Positions 48,476 to 57,674 of a stretch of DNA of 64,000 bases are shown here, piece after piece; the first letter of the stretch is position 1, and each line of letters opens with the position of its first letter. The stretch spans positions 17,762 through 81,761 of the forward strand of contig CAVBBF010000002.1 of assembly GCA_963593735.1 (NCBI GenBank). The letters run 5' to 3'. The notes below the pieces were generated by a model. The model saw nothing but the letters and a program-made list of their open reading frames with translations. It did not search any database and was not told the DNA's origin. Made by a program: the position numbers and the translations under genes. Source of the DNA: Phascolarctobacterium succinatutens. GTDB taxonomy: Bacteria > Bacillota > Clostridia > Christensenellales > CAG-917.

Positions 48476-48973
48476 TAGATTTATTGCCATAAACCGCATT
48501 TGCATTTTGCTTTTCTAATCGCGCAGAAAATCTTTGCTATCGGTTTAAGCAAAACACTTTACTCAAACGTCGGTTTCGCAAGATTGTCTGCTTGATGTTT
48601 TTTTGAATCATTCGGCTTCGCAGCCTCCGAGACGTTGCTCGTAGACAGGCGGAGCCGTATTTTATGGAACGACGAAGAATCGTTGTGAGCATCCACTTCC
48701 GCCGTTGCAACTGCCGAGCCGTCTCAAAGTTGCAACTCCTTACGTCACAAACAAATGCTCTGATTTGTTTGTGACAGGACGTTTGCGCCAAAATATTTGT
48801 CAAGCCATCTTGAAAAGATGGGTGACAAGTGTTTTGCATTCGGCGCAAAAAGTTGCCTTTGCGCACGAAGTGCGCCAAAACAAGCAGACAATCTTGCGAA
48901 ACTGCGGCTTGATTTCTTGTCCGTCTTATTTTGATAGCAAAGATTTTCTGCGCGTTAGTGGCAAAATAATCTA
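48476..48973. repeat. MITE-like element / long-range inverted repeat between smc and ftsY
   Basis: Three arm pairs: 48515-48541 with 48933-48958 (26/27 match), 48572-48594 with 48881-48903 (22/23 match), and 48476-48489 with 48959-48973. The core of about 285 bp is full of perfect hairpins, e.g. TCACAAACAAAT-GCTCTG-ATTTGTTTGTGA at about 48746-48775. Confidence 0.5.
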
Positions 48974-49026
48974 GCAAGGCTCTCGGCAATACGCAAACCT
49001 GCGTGTTGCCGTTGCCTTAGCGCCGA

Positions 49027-52000
49027 TTATTTTGCGTGTTTCGCCGCTTCCTCAAACTCAATCGAAACAATCTTCGTTACGCCCTTTTCTTCCATCGTAA
49101 CACCGAAAATCGTGTCTGCGTGGCGCATAGTCGGTTTTCTGTGCGTGATGACGATAAACTGCGTATAGTCGCTGAATTTTTTGAGGAATTCCGCAAACAA
49201 GTTGACGTTTGCGTCGTCGAGTGCCGCTTCGATTTCGTCGAGCACGCAGAACGGCATCGGTTTGAGTTTCAGGATTGCAAACAGAATCGAGATTGCCGTC
49301 AACGCCTGCTCGCCGCCGCTCAAAAGACTGATATTTTGCAGTTTCTTTCCCGGGGGTTGCGCGTAGATGTCGATACCCGCTTCGAGCACGTCGTCCGTGT
49401 CCTGCATGTTGAGTCGCAACTCGCCCTTACCACCGCCGAACAGTTGTTGGAATACGTCCTTGAAGTTCTCGCTGATTTGATCGAATGCGTCAGAGAACTT
49501 GGTTTGCATTTCGCCCGTAAGTTCGTTGATAATCGTAACGATGTCGTCGTACGCCTTTTGAATGTCGTCGCGATAGGTCGTTTGCTCTTGCAATCTTTCC
49601 TCTGTTTCTTTGAGGGTTTGAAGCGCGAGCGGGTTGACGTCGCCGAGTCGGTTGATAGACTTTTTGAGTTCGGATATGACCGTCAACGCGCCGTACGCCT
49701 TAAATTCGGGGTCTTTGAACTCGACAGCGCTTGCGTACGTCAAATCGTATTCTTCGAGGATATGTTGTTGTTGCGTGCGCATTTCGATGTCCACGTTTTC
49801 GAGCATATTCTCGTCGCGCACTTTCTTTTCGTTGATTGTCATTCTCTCGTCGGTGATACGAGTTTTTTCTTGATCGAGGGATACGATCTCGTCTGATATG
49901 GTGCGTTTTCTCGCGCTTAGATCTGCGATTTGCGATTCGAGAGCGGCGATTCGAGCCTCGTCCTCTTTGGAGAACGTAGTTTTTTCGGGCGCGTTGGTGA
50001 TGTTGTCGAGGTTTTGTTGTTCGAGTTTCAAAGCCGCGATAACGTCGAGTTTCTCGTCTTCGAGGGTTTCTCTTTCACGCCTATAACGGAACAAATCCTG
50101 ATCGCAAGCGTCCAATATGCTCTTGTGACCCGCAAGTTTGACTCGGATTTCGGTCACTTGCTCTGCCATCACTTCTCTTTCGCTCTTTTGCTCGCTGCTG
50201 ACGTTCTTTGAACTTTCGAGCATAGAAGTATATTCTTCTTTCTTTTCGGCAACGACCTTTTCGAGTTCGTCGATAGAACTGATTTTTTCGTCGAGTTCCT
50301 TGATTCTCGCCTTGACGACTTCGTATTCTTCGGCGTTTTTGGATATTTCCTCTTGCAAGGATTGCGTGACCTCGTAGGCTTGTTTTGACTTGTCTTCGTT
50401 GAGGCTGTTTTCGATGCGAAGTTCGCTTATCTCTTGATTGAGTTGCTCGATTCTATCGCTCAAATCTTTGAGTTCCTGCTCGCGTTCGGCGCGTTGATTG
50501 TTCAAAAGCGCGATATTGTTCTTGATTTTTTCGAGATTCGCTTGCGCTTGTTCGATTTTCTTTTCTTGCGCGAGCAGACCTTGCGTTTGCGACCTTCTCG
50601 AACCGCCCGTAATTTCGCCGCCGCGCGAGAAGATTTCGCCGTCGAGGGTAACAATCTTTATTGATTGATTGTATTTTTTGAAGATTCGGATTGCGTTGTC
50701 GATGTTGTTTACAACCACCGTACCGCCCAAAAGCGTTTGCACGAATCCGTCGAATTTCTTGTCGTATTTGATGAGGTCGCTCGCCAAGCCGTAGCAACCC
50801 GGTTCGGTGAGTACGCCCCTATTTTCGCCCGTAAGCGGACGAGGACGGCAAGAGGTCAAAGGTCTGAACGTAACGCGTCCGTAACCCTTTTGTTTCAAAT
50901 AGTTGATGAGGTCGCTTGCGTCGCGTTCGGTTTCCACCAACACGTTTTGCATCGCGCCGCCCAAAGCATATTCGATTGCTGCTTCGAAGTCGCTCGGAAC
51001 GGTGATGACTTCCGCCAAAACGCCCCAAATCTTCGAGCCTATCACGGGGTCGTGCTTGCTGTCTTGCATAAGGCGTTTTACAGCGTCTTGATAGCCCGAA
51101 TATTCGTTCTTTATGGACGTCAAAAGATTGAGGTTGCCTTGCGCAAGACCCAGTTTCGAGTTGAGGCTCACGATGTCCTCTGCGTAACTTTGAATCGCCT
51201 CTTGATTTTCGAGTTTAGTGGACAAAGCCTCGTTGTACTCGCTCATAAGCGCGCGCATACGTTCCTTTGTAGACTTGACTTTTCCGTCGTAAATGGCAAG
51301 ATTGGTAAGTTCCTCGTCAAGACGAGCCTTTTGTTGATTTACAAGCGACAAAAGCGTCTTTGCTCTCTCGTCGTTTATGCCCTTTTCGGTGATGAATCCC
51401 GAAAGATTGGATTTGAGCGCGCCCAAATCTTCGATTGCTTTGACGTAGTCGATGTTGCGCGCTTCGAGGTCGGTTTCCGCACCTGCGAGCGATTTTGAAA
51501 GCGAAGCGTACTTTTGTTGCAACGCCTCGGATTCTCTGCTCGTTTGAAGGTATATCTCGAACTCGGCTTCTTTCTTTTCTTCCGCCTTTTGGATGAGTTG
51601 ACCCGACACGGTGAGTTGACCGTCTATGGATTGCAATTCGCTGTTAAGACGCGCGATTTCGCCTTGAATATGCTTGATTTTCTCTTGCAAAATGCCTGCC
51701 GCGCCTTCGAGTTTCGCAGCGTCGACTTTGAGCGCGAGAAGTTCGCTGTTGCTCTCGTCGTAGAGACGGTCGATACCTGCGGATTCCCTTATGCAATCGT
51801 CGTATTTCTTTATGCACTCGTTGAGTTGCATTTCCTTGACTTTGAGGTCTTTTTCACTCGCCGCCAAACGGTCGTAAATCTTCTGCTTTATGCTCTGATT
51901 GTTCTCGTAATTGTAGATGTAAAGATTGACTTCGTTCTTTTTGAGGTCGTCTTTGAGCGCAAAGTATTTTTCGGCGGTTTCCGCTTGTTTTTTGAGCGGA

Positions 52001-52617
52001 TTTATCTGCTTTTGGATTTCGTCGATGACCTGATTTGCCGTTTCGAGATTGACGGCGGTTTTTTCGAGTTTTCTTTCCGCTTCCGTGCGCTGCGCGCGGA
52101 ATTTGGAAATGCCTGCCGCTTCTTCGAAAATTTGACGGCGATCACCGGGTTTTGCGGACATAATTTCCGAAACTCTGCCCTGACCTATGATCGAATAACC
52201 TTCCTTGCCGATACCGGTGTCGTGGAAAAGCGAGATTATATCGCGCATACGCACGCGATTGTGGTTTATGTAATACTCGCTCAAACCGCTGCGGTCGAGT
52301 TTTCTTGTGATAACCACTTCTTCAAACGGCATAGTCGGGAAGATATGCTGATCGGAGTTGTTGAAAACGAGGGAAACTTCGCAATAGGACATGCTTTTGC
52401 GCTTTTCAGTGCCGGCAAATATTACGTCCTGCATATTTTTACCGCGCAGAGATTTTGCGCTCTGTTCGCCCAAAGTCCAACGAATAGCGTCGGCAACGTT
52501 CGACTTACCGCATCCGTTCGGACCGATAATCGCCGTTACGCCCTCTTGAAAAGGGATTTCGATTTTATCCGCAAAAGACTTGAAGCCTCTCGCTTCGATT
52601 TTGACAAAATTTAACAA
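49027..52617 (-). CDS. smc: Chromosome segregation protein SMC
   Basis: 1196 aa with N-terminal GPNGCGKSN, long coiled coils, a hinge, and C-terminal LSGGE plus a Walker B motif. Confidence 0.95.
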   Translation of the reverse strand: MLNFVKIEARGFKSFADKIEIPFQEGVTAIIGPNGCGKSNVADAIRWTLGEQSAKSLRGKNMQDVIFAGTEKRKSMSYCEVSLVFNNSDQHIFPTMPFEEVVITRKLDRSGLSEYYINHNRVRMRDIISLFHDTGIGKEGYSIIGQGRVSEIMSAKPGDRRQIFEEAAGISKFRAQRTEAERKLEKTAVNLETANQVIDEIQKQINPLKKQAETAEKYFALKDDLKKNEVNLYIYNYENNQSIKQKIYDRLAASEKDLKVKEMQLNECIKKYDDCIRESAGIDRLYDESNSELLALKVDAAKLEGAAGILQEKIKHIQGEIARLNSELQSIDGQLTVSGQLIQKAEEKKEAEFEIYLQTSRESEALQQKYASLSKSLAGAETDLEARNIDYVKAIEDLGALKSNLSGFITEKGINDERAKTLLSLVNQQKARLDEELTNLAIYDGKVKSTKERMRALMSEYNEALSTKLENQEAIQSYAEDIVSLNSKLGLAQGNLNLLTSIKNEYSGYQDAVKRLMQDSKHDPVIGSKIWGVLAEVITVPSDFEAAIEYALGGAMQNVLVETERDASDLINYLKQKGYGRVTFRPLTSCRPRPLTGENRGVLTEPGCYGLASDLIKYDKKFDGFVQTLLGGTVVVNNIDNAIRIFKKYNQSIKIVTLDGEIFSRGGEITGGSRRSQTQGLLAQEKKIEQAQANLEKIKNNIALLNNQRAEREQELKDLSDRIEQLNQEISELRIENSLNEDKSKQAYEVTQSLQEEISKNAEEYEVVKARIKELDEKISSIDELEKVVAEKKEEYTSMLESSKNVSSEQKSEREVMAEQVTEIRVKLAGHKSILDACDQDLFRYRRERETLEDEKLDVIAALKLEQQNLDNITNAPEKTTFSKEDEARIAALESQIADLSARKRTISDEIVSLDQEKTRITDERMTINEKKVRDENMLENVDIEMRTQQQHILEEYDLTYASAVEFKDPEFKAYGALTVISELKKSINRLGDVNPLALQTLKETEERLQEQTTYRDDIQKAYDDIVTIINELTGEMQTKFSDAFDQISENFKDVFQQLFGGGKGELRLNMQDTDDVLEAGIDIYAQPPGKKLQNISLLSGGEQALTAISILFAILKLKPMPFCVLDEIEAALDDANVNLFAEFLKKFSDYTQFIVITHRKPTMRHADTIFGVTMEEKGVTKIVSIEFEEAAKHAK

Positions 52618-52651
52618 AATCGTACACCTAACCTTATTTTAATACCTAAAT

Positions 52652-52680
52652 ATAATAACATATGAAGTCAGCGTTTTCAA
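52652..52680 (-). promoter_or_regulatory. Candidate promoter of smc
   Basis: On the minus strand, TTGAAA (52680-52675), a 17-nt spacer, then TATTAT (52657-52652). Confidence 0.5.
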
Positions 52681-52692
52681 GCGGTTTTTCTA

Positions 52693-52726
52693 TGTTTCAC
52701 ACAAGTTTCACACCGCACGTGAAACA
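52693..52726. promoter_or_regulatory. Split parS-like half-sites upstream of smc
   Basis: TGTTTCAC-ACAA-GTTTCAC-ACCGCAC-GTGAAACA. The outer 8-mers are the exact halves of the parS consensus TGTTTCACGTGAAACA but are separated by 18 bp. A further GTGAAACA lies at 52808-52815. Confidence 0.3.
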
Positions 52727-52775
52727 TCGAACGCCAATTTTGCAAATTTGAAATTTTGAATCGGTTAGAATATAG

Positions 52776-52807
52776 AAAAAGTCGCAAAATGATGTTTGCG
52801 ACTTTTT
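52776..52807. terminator. Bidirectional-shape terminator after rnc
   Basis: AAAAA-GTCGCAAA-ATGATG-TTTGCGAC-TTTTT. Confidence 0.7.
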
Positions 52808-52886
52808 GTGAAACATTTTTGTTTTCTGCCTCTTAATGTTGAAAACGCGACGTTTTACTTTAATTTCGAGGTGAATTTTTAACAGT

Positions 52887-53573
52887 TTACTTTTTCAATA
52901 CGCTTTCGAGCGCGACTTTTGCGGCGTTTTGCTCGGCTTCCCTCTTACTCTTGCCCTTGCCAACGCCTGCTGTGAACGTGTTGATTTTCACTTCGACGAC
53001 GAAAGTCGGATTGTGCGCAGGGCCTGTACGCTCGACTTCGCTATACGACACCGAAACGTCGTTTCTCGACGCAAACTCGTTGAGTCTGCTCTTGTAGTCG
53101 TCCTCACCGAAATGTTTGCATTTGCCGTTGAACAAATCCGCAAGTTTTGAAAGAATAAACTTCTCTGCCACGTCTATACTCTTGCTGTCGAGATAGATTG
53201 CCGCAATCATAGATTCGAACAAGTCGGACATAATTTTTGCTTGCGAACTGATGTATGCGACGTTTTCGCCCTTGCCTACGATAAGGTAGTTTTCAAGACC
53301 GAGTTTCTTGACTTCCTCTGCGAGCGGCTCTTTGGACACAATTGTTGCGCGGATTCTCGTGAGCGCGCCCTCGTGGGCGTTCGGATTGATTTCCATAAGG
53401 CGTTTCGCAACGATAAAGTCGAGAATACTATCCCCCAAAAATTCCAACGATTGATAGTTTTCAAGAGCGTTTTTTGAAACCGAACCGTGCGTAAGCGCAC
53501 GTTGAAGCAGCGACTTGTCCTTGAACGTATATCCGACGATTTTTTCTATTTTCTTTATGTCTTTTTCTTCCAT
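52887..53573 (-). CDS. rnc: Ribonuclease III
   Basis: I prefer the start at ATG 53573 (MEEKDIKKIEKIVGYTFKDKSLLQRALTHGS). The alternative is 53636. RNase III signature ENYQSLEFLGDSIL and a C-terminal dsRBD. Confidence 0.9.
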   Translation of the reverse strand: MEEKDIKKIEKIVGYTFKDKSLLQRALTHGSVSKNALENYQSLEFLGDSILDFIVAKRLMEINPNAHEGALTRIRATIVSKEPLAEEVKKLGLENYLIVGKGENVAYISSQAKIMSDLFESMIAAIYLDSKSIDVAEKFILSKLADLFNGKCKHFGEDDYKSRLNEFASRNDVSVSYSEVERTGPAHNPTFVVEVKINTFTAGVGKGKSKREAEQNAAKVALESVLKK

Positions 53574-53700
53574 TCTTATTGAAAAATACGGTTGTTTTTG
53601 CGAGTTTTTCGCTATTCTTTGCGTGATTTTCGACAATAATTTTGCAGTTTTGCTCTTTATTATCGCTTAATTTCGGCGTTTATTCGGATTGCTTTGCCGC

Positions 53701-54732
53701 TTAATTTTCCGTGGTTTCGGGCTTGTCGAGTACGCTCATGCCGCTTGCGATTTTGTCGCAAATCTTGCTTTCTGCAAGGGATTTTGCTTGCAATATGCTT
53801 GCGGTGACGGATTTCGCCTTTGATGCGCCGTGTGACTTTACGACGACTTTCTTTACGCCGAGAAAACATGCGCCGCCGTGTGCGTTGTAGTCCATTTCCT
53901 TTTTGACTTTCGCAAAAACCGATTTGAGCATAAGCGCGCCGAGTTTGGTGCGCAATCCGCCCGAATATACGCCCTCTTTTATGAGAGAAAGCATTGTGTT
54001 TGCCGTGCCTTCTGCGGATTTGAGAGCGATGTTGCCGTTGAATCCGTCCGAAACCACCACGTCAAAATCGCCGCTCAAAATATCGCGCGCTTCGCAGTTG
54101 CCCACAAATTTGATTCCTTCCGTTTGAGCGAGCAATTTGTGCGCTTCTTGGGTGAGTTCGTTGCCCTTGTGCTCCTCAACGCCGTTGTTGAGAAGCCCAA
54201 CTCTCGGATTTTTTACGCCGAGCATTGCGGTTGCGTACGCGCTTGCCATAATTGCAAAATGAACAAGATTTACGCTCTTGCAATCGACGTTTGCGCCGCA
54301 GTCGCAAAGCACAACGCCGTTTCCTTTGAGCGTTGGAAGCACGGGCGCAAGCGCGGGACGAGTTACGCCCTTTATGCGACCGACTTTGAGATATGCGCCC
54401 ACAAGCACCGCCCCCGTCGAACCGGCAGAAACGAATCCGCCCGCCTCGTCGTCGTGCATAAGCGCGTCGAACGCCTTGACCAAAGAACTTTCTTTCTTTG
54501 TTCTTATAGCGGTCGTGGGCGTATCGTCGTTTGTTATCACGTCTTTTGCGTCGATGATATCCAACCTACTCTTGTCGTATTCTTTGCACTCGCAAAGAGA
54601 TTGCTCAATAGCGTTTTGGTCGCCAACAAGCACGACTTTGAGATTTTTGTCCTGATTGAGAGCGTCAACCGCACCCAAAACAATTTGCAAAGGCGCATTA
54701 TCGCCGCCCATCGCGTCAACAATGATTTTCAT
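53701..54732 (-). CDS. plsX: Phosphate acyltransferase PlsX
   Basis: 343 aa, MKIIVDAMGGDNAP. Confidence 0.95.
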   Translation of the reverse strand: MKIIVDAMGGDNAPLQIVLGAVDALNQDKNLKVVLVGDQNAIEQSLCECKEYDKSRLDIIDAKDVITNDDTPTTAIRTKKESSLVKAFDALMHDDEAGGFVSAGSTGAVLVGAYLKVGRIKGVTRPALAPVLPTLKGNGVVLCDCGANVDCKSVNLVHFAIMASAYATAMLGVKNPRVGLLNNGVEEHKGNELTQEAHKLLAQTEGIKFVGNCEARDILSGDFDVVVSDGFNGNIALKSAEGTANTMLSLIKEGVYSGGLRTKLGALMLKSVFAKVKKEMDYNAHGGACFLGVKKVVVKSHGASKAKSVTASILQAKSLAESKICDKIASGMSVLDKPETTEN

Positions 54733-54909
54733 AAATCACCTATAGTATATTGATGTGATTATTATAACAAGAACTTAAACGGAATACAAGAAAATATTGT
54801 ATTTATGGATTACGGATATTTGTTGTTGTTTTATGAAAGTGAATTTTTGGAAAATTAGGGATAATTTTTGAGTTTTGCATTTAAGCGCAATATTTGGATT
54901 AAGAGCGCG

Positions 54910-54968
54910 AAAAAGCCTCGTCACAGCAACCCTAATTTACTTGCGTAAATGAGTTGTTGTGATGAGGC
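54910..54968 (-). terminator. Long hairpin downstream of rpmF
   Basis: 16-bp arms GCCTCGTCACAGCAAC / GTTGTTGTGATGAGGC. There are 5 T after it on the minus strand. The two non-Watson-Crick positions are G-U on the plus strand but A-C on the minus strand. Confidence 0.45.
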
Positions 54969-55003
54969 TTTGACAATGCTATTAGCCAAATAGTGCGCTT
55001 AAA

Positions 55004-55189
55004 TTATTTTTCGCTCTTTTTTTGAACGACTTGCTCACCATCATAATACCCGCATTTCGGACATACTTGGTGGCTCTTGATCAGTTCGTGGCATTGAGGG
55101 CACTCGGTGAGACCGGGAGCCTTGACTTTCCAGTTTGCAAAACGGGAATTCGTTTTGGATTTCGAAACTTTATTTTTAGGTACTGCCAT
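55004..55189 (-). CDS. rpmF: 50S ribosomal protein L32
   Basis: I place the start at ATG 55189 (GGAGG upstream): MAVPKNKVSKSKTNSR...CPQCHE...CPKCG. The track ORF extends to 55309. Confidence 0.9.
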   Translation of the reverse strand: MAVPKNKVSKSKTNSRFANWKVKAPGLTECPQCHELIKSHQVCPKCGYYDGEQVVQKKSEK

Positions 55190-55368
55190 CTTATTACCTC
55201 CAACATTTTCACAACATCTGATACACAGTGTTTTGATTATATAAAATCTGGCAATAGTTGTCAAACGCTTTTTGAAAGTTGCGTGACTTTGTTGCCAATT
55301 ATTTTGCATATTCGGACGTTTTGGCGCAATTTGCGCTCAAATTGCCCGAAAACGCGATTAACTTGCCT

Positions 55369-56559
55369 TTACAGCGCAAGCGCTTTTGTTTCTCTTGCGA
55401 TAGACAATTCTTCGTTTGTGGGAAGAATGAACACTTTGACTTTGCTGTCGGGCTTCGAGAGAACGCGAACGCCGTCGGAATACCCCTTGTTTGCCTCGAA
55501 GTCAAAATCTACGCCGAGATATTCCATATCTTCCATAACAAGTCTGCGCATAAGGTCGCTATGCTCGCCGATACCGCCGGTGAAAACGATTGCGTCTACG
55601 CCGTTGAGCGTTGCGGCATAAGAACCGATATACTTCTTTATGCGATATGCGGCAACTTCAACTGCGAGTTTTGCTTTTTCGTTGCCTTCGTTGATACCTT
55701 TTTCAAGGTCGCGCATATCCGAACTCAATTCGCTCACGCCGAACATACCGCACTTTTTGTTGAGGTATTGCACGAGTTCTTCGGGGGTCAAGCCGAGTTT
55801 TGCGCGGATAAATTCGCTCGCCGCAGGGTCGATGTCGCCCGAGCGCGTACCCATAACAAGTCCTTCAAGAGGCGTAAAGCCCATGGACGTGTCGAGGCAC
55901 TTGCCCTCCTTCACCGCAGAAATGGACGAGCCGTTGCCGAGATGGCATACGATGATTTTGCTGTCCTTCTTGCCGAGAAGTTTGATTGTTTCCTCGCTGA
56001 CGAATTTGTGAGAAGTGCCGTGGAAGCCGTATTTTCTCACTTTGTACTTGTCGTATACGGAATACGGAATGCCGTACATATACGCTTTTGCAGGCATCGT
56101 GCTGTGGAAAGTCGTGTCGAAAACCGCAACCATAGGCACGCCCGGCATAACTTCTCTGCAACTCTTTATGCACGCGATGTTGCCCGGCATATGGAGAGGT
56201 CCGAGTTCGGCATTCTTTTCGCAGATGCGGATAACTTCGTCGTCGATTACGACGGAACTCTTGAAGTCCTCGCCGCTGTGAAGCACTCTGTGGCCCACTG
56301 CGCTGATTTCGTCGGTGGATTTGATTGCGCCGCACTTCGGATCGACCATCGCTTTGAGCACGAGTTCGATTGCCGCGGTGTGATCTTTCATATCTTGCTT
56401 GACGTTAAGCACCTTGCCGTCCGCCGTCTTTTGGGTCAACTCACCGCCCTTGAACGTGATACGCTCGCAGATTCCTTTGAGAACCGCTTGCTCGGTGTCC
56501 ATATCGATAAGTTGGTATTTGAGCGACGAACTACCTGCGTTGATAACGAGAATTTTCAT
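55369..56559 (-). CDS. ackA: Acetate kinase
   Basis: 396 aa, MKILVINAGSSSLKYQL. Confidence 0.95.
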   Translation of the reverse strand: MKILVINAGSSSLKYQLIDMDTEQAVLKGICERITFKGGELTQKTADGKVLNVKQDMKDHTAAIELVLKAMVDPKCGAIKSTDEISAVGHRVLHSGEDFKSSVVIDDEVIRICEKNAELGPLHMPGNIACIKSCREVMPGVPMVAVFDTTFHSTMPAKAYMYGIPYSVYDKYKVRKYGFHGTSHKFVSEETIKLLGKKDSKIIVCHLGNGSSISAVKEGKCLDTSMGFTPLEGLVMGTRSGDIDPAASEFIRAKLGLTPEELVQYLNKKCGMFGVSELSSDMRDLEKGINEGNEKAKLAVEVAAYRIKKYIGSYAATLNGVDAIVFTGGIGEHSDLMRRLVMEDMEYLGVDFDFEANKGYSDGVRVLSKPDSKVKVFILPTNEELSIARETKALAL

Positions 56560-56572
56560 AATTTTACCTCTA

Positions 56573-57574
56573 TTAGTCTTTTACGGATTGAAGCGCGGTG
56601 ATTGCCGCAACTGCCGCGATGTCCTCTGCAACGCAACCTCTGCTCAAATCGTTTACGGGCAGAGCAAGACCTTGCATAATGGGTCCGATTGCCATACAGT
56701 TGCCGAAGCGTTGAGCAATCTTGTAGCCGATGTTGCCTGCGTCGAGGTTGGGGAAAACGAGAACGTTCGCTTGACCTGCGACGGGGCTTTGGGGCGCTTT
56801 TTGATTTGCAACGGTGTCAACCAAAGAAGCGTCGAGTTGAAGTTCGCCGTCAACGTCGATTTCGGGATGTTCCTGCTTGACCTTTTGATACGCAACGCGC
56901 ACTTTTTCGACGGATTCGTGATTCGCACTGCCCTTCGTCGAGAAGGAAAGCATTGCAATCTTGGGCTCCATTTGGCAAATCTTCCTCGCGCTGTCTGCCG
57001 CCGCGACGACGATGTCGGAAAGTTGATCGCTCGTCGGATACGGAATGACCGCGCAATCGGAGAAGATGTATGCTGGATATTTCTTATATTTGAAGTCTTC
57101 GGGCGGAACCATTACGAAGCAACTGGACACGGAACTGATGCCGGGTGCGGCTTTAATGACTTGGAAAGCCGCTCTCGATACGTCGGCGGAACTGAACACC
57201 GCGCCGCCCACAACGCCGTCTACGTCGCCGCGTTTGAGCGCAACGCAAGCATAGAACATATTGTTGTTTGTGACGATATTCAAGGCTTGATCTTCAGTCA
57301 TACCCTTTGCTTTGCGAAGTTCGTAAAGAGTATTTGCGTATTCGGCTCTGTGTTCGCTCGTCTTGGGGTCGTCGAAAGAAACGCCCGTGAAGTCGATTTC
57401 GGGGAATTTGGCTTTGATTTCGTCCTCGTTGCCGATGAGAACAACCTTGCAAACGTTCTTTTGCGTGAGGATTTCAGCCGCTTTTGCCGCGCGAACGTCC
57501 GTACCTTCTGCAAGCGCGATCGTTTTTGCGAGTTTGCTTGCTCTGCTCATAAGGTTTTCAACAAATTGCGTCAT
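56573..57574 (-). CDS. pta: Phosphate acetyltransferase
   Basis: 333 aa with a PTA_PTB domain, upstream of ackA. Confidence 0.9.
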   Translation of the reverse strand: MTQFVENLMSRASKLAKTIALAEGTDVRAAKAAEILTQKNVCKVVLIGNEDEIKAKFPEIDFTGVSFDDPKTSEHRAEYANTLYELRKAKGMTEDQALNIVTNNNMFYACVALKRGDVDGVVGGAVFSSADVSRAAFQVIKAAPGISSVSSCFVMVPPEDFKYKKYPAYIFSDCAVIPYPTSDQLSDIVVAAADSARKICQMEPKIAMLSFSTKGSANHESVEKVRVAYQKVKQEHPEIDVDGELQLDASLVDTVANQKAPQSPVAGQANVLVFPNLDAGNIGYKIAQRFGNCMAIGPIMQGLALPVNDLSRGCVAEDIAAVAAITALQSVKD

Positions 57575-57674
57575 ATAAAACTCCTAAAATGTTGCACATT
57601 GATTGCAAATGTTTTATTTTTAGATATAATTATAGTTACTTAAAAAACAAAAATCAACAATATGAGGATTTATT

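Noticed and set aside
48537-48989. 150-aa minus-strand ORF inside the inverted-repeat element, considered as a possible transposase or small element-encoded protein.
   Set aside because: No RBS, basic low-complexity sequence, and no DDE, HUH or recombinase motifs. It spans both inverted-repeat arms, which is expected for a chance ORF in palindromic DNA.
52693-52726. Calling this a bona fide parS site.
   Set aside because: Canonical parS is a contiguous 16-bp palindrome, and here the halves are 18 bp apart. It is reported as an observation only.
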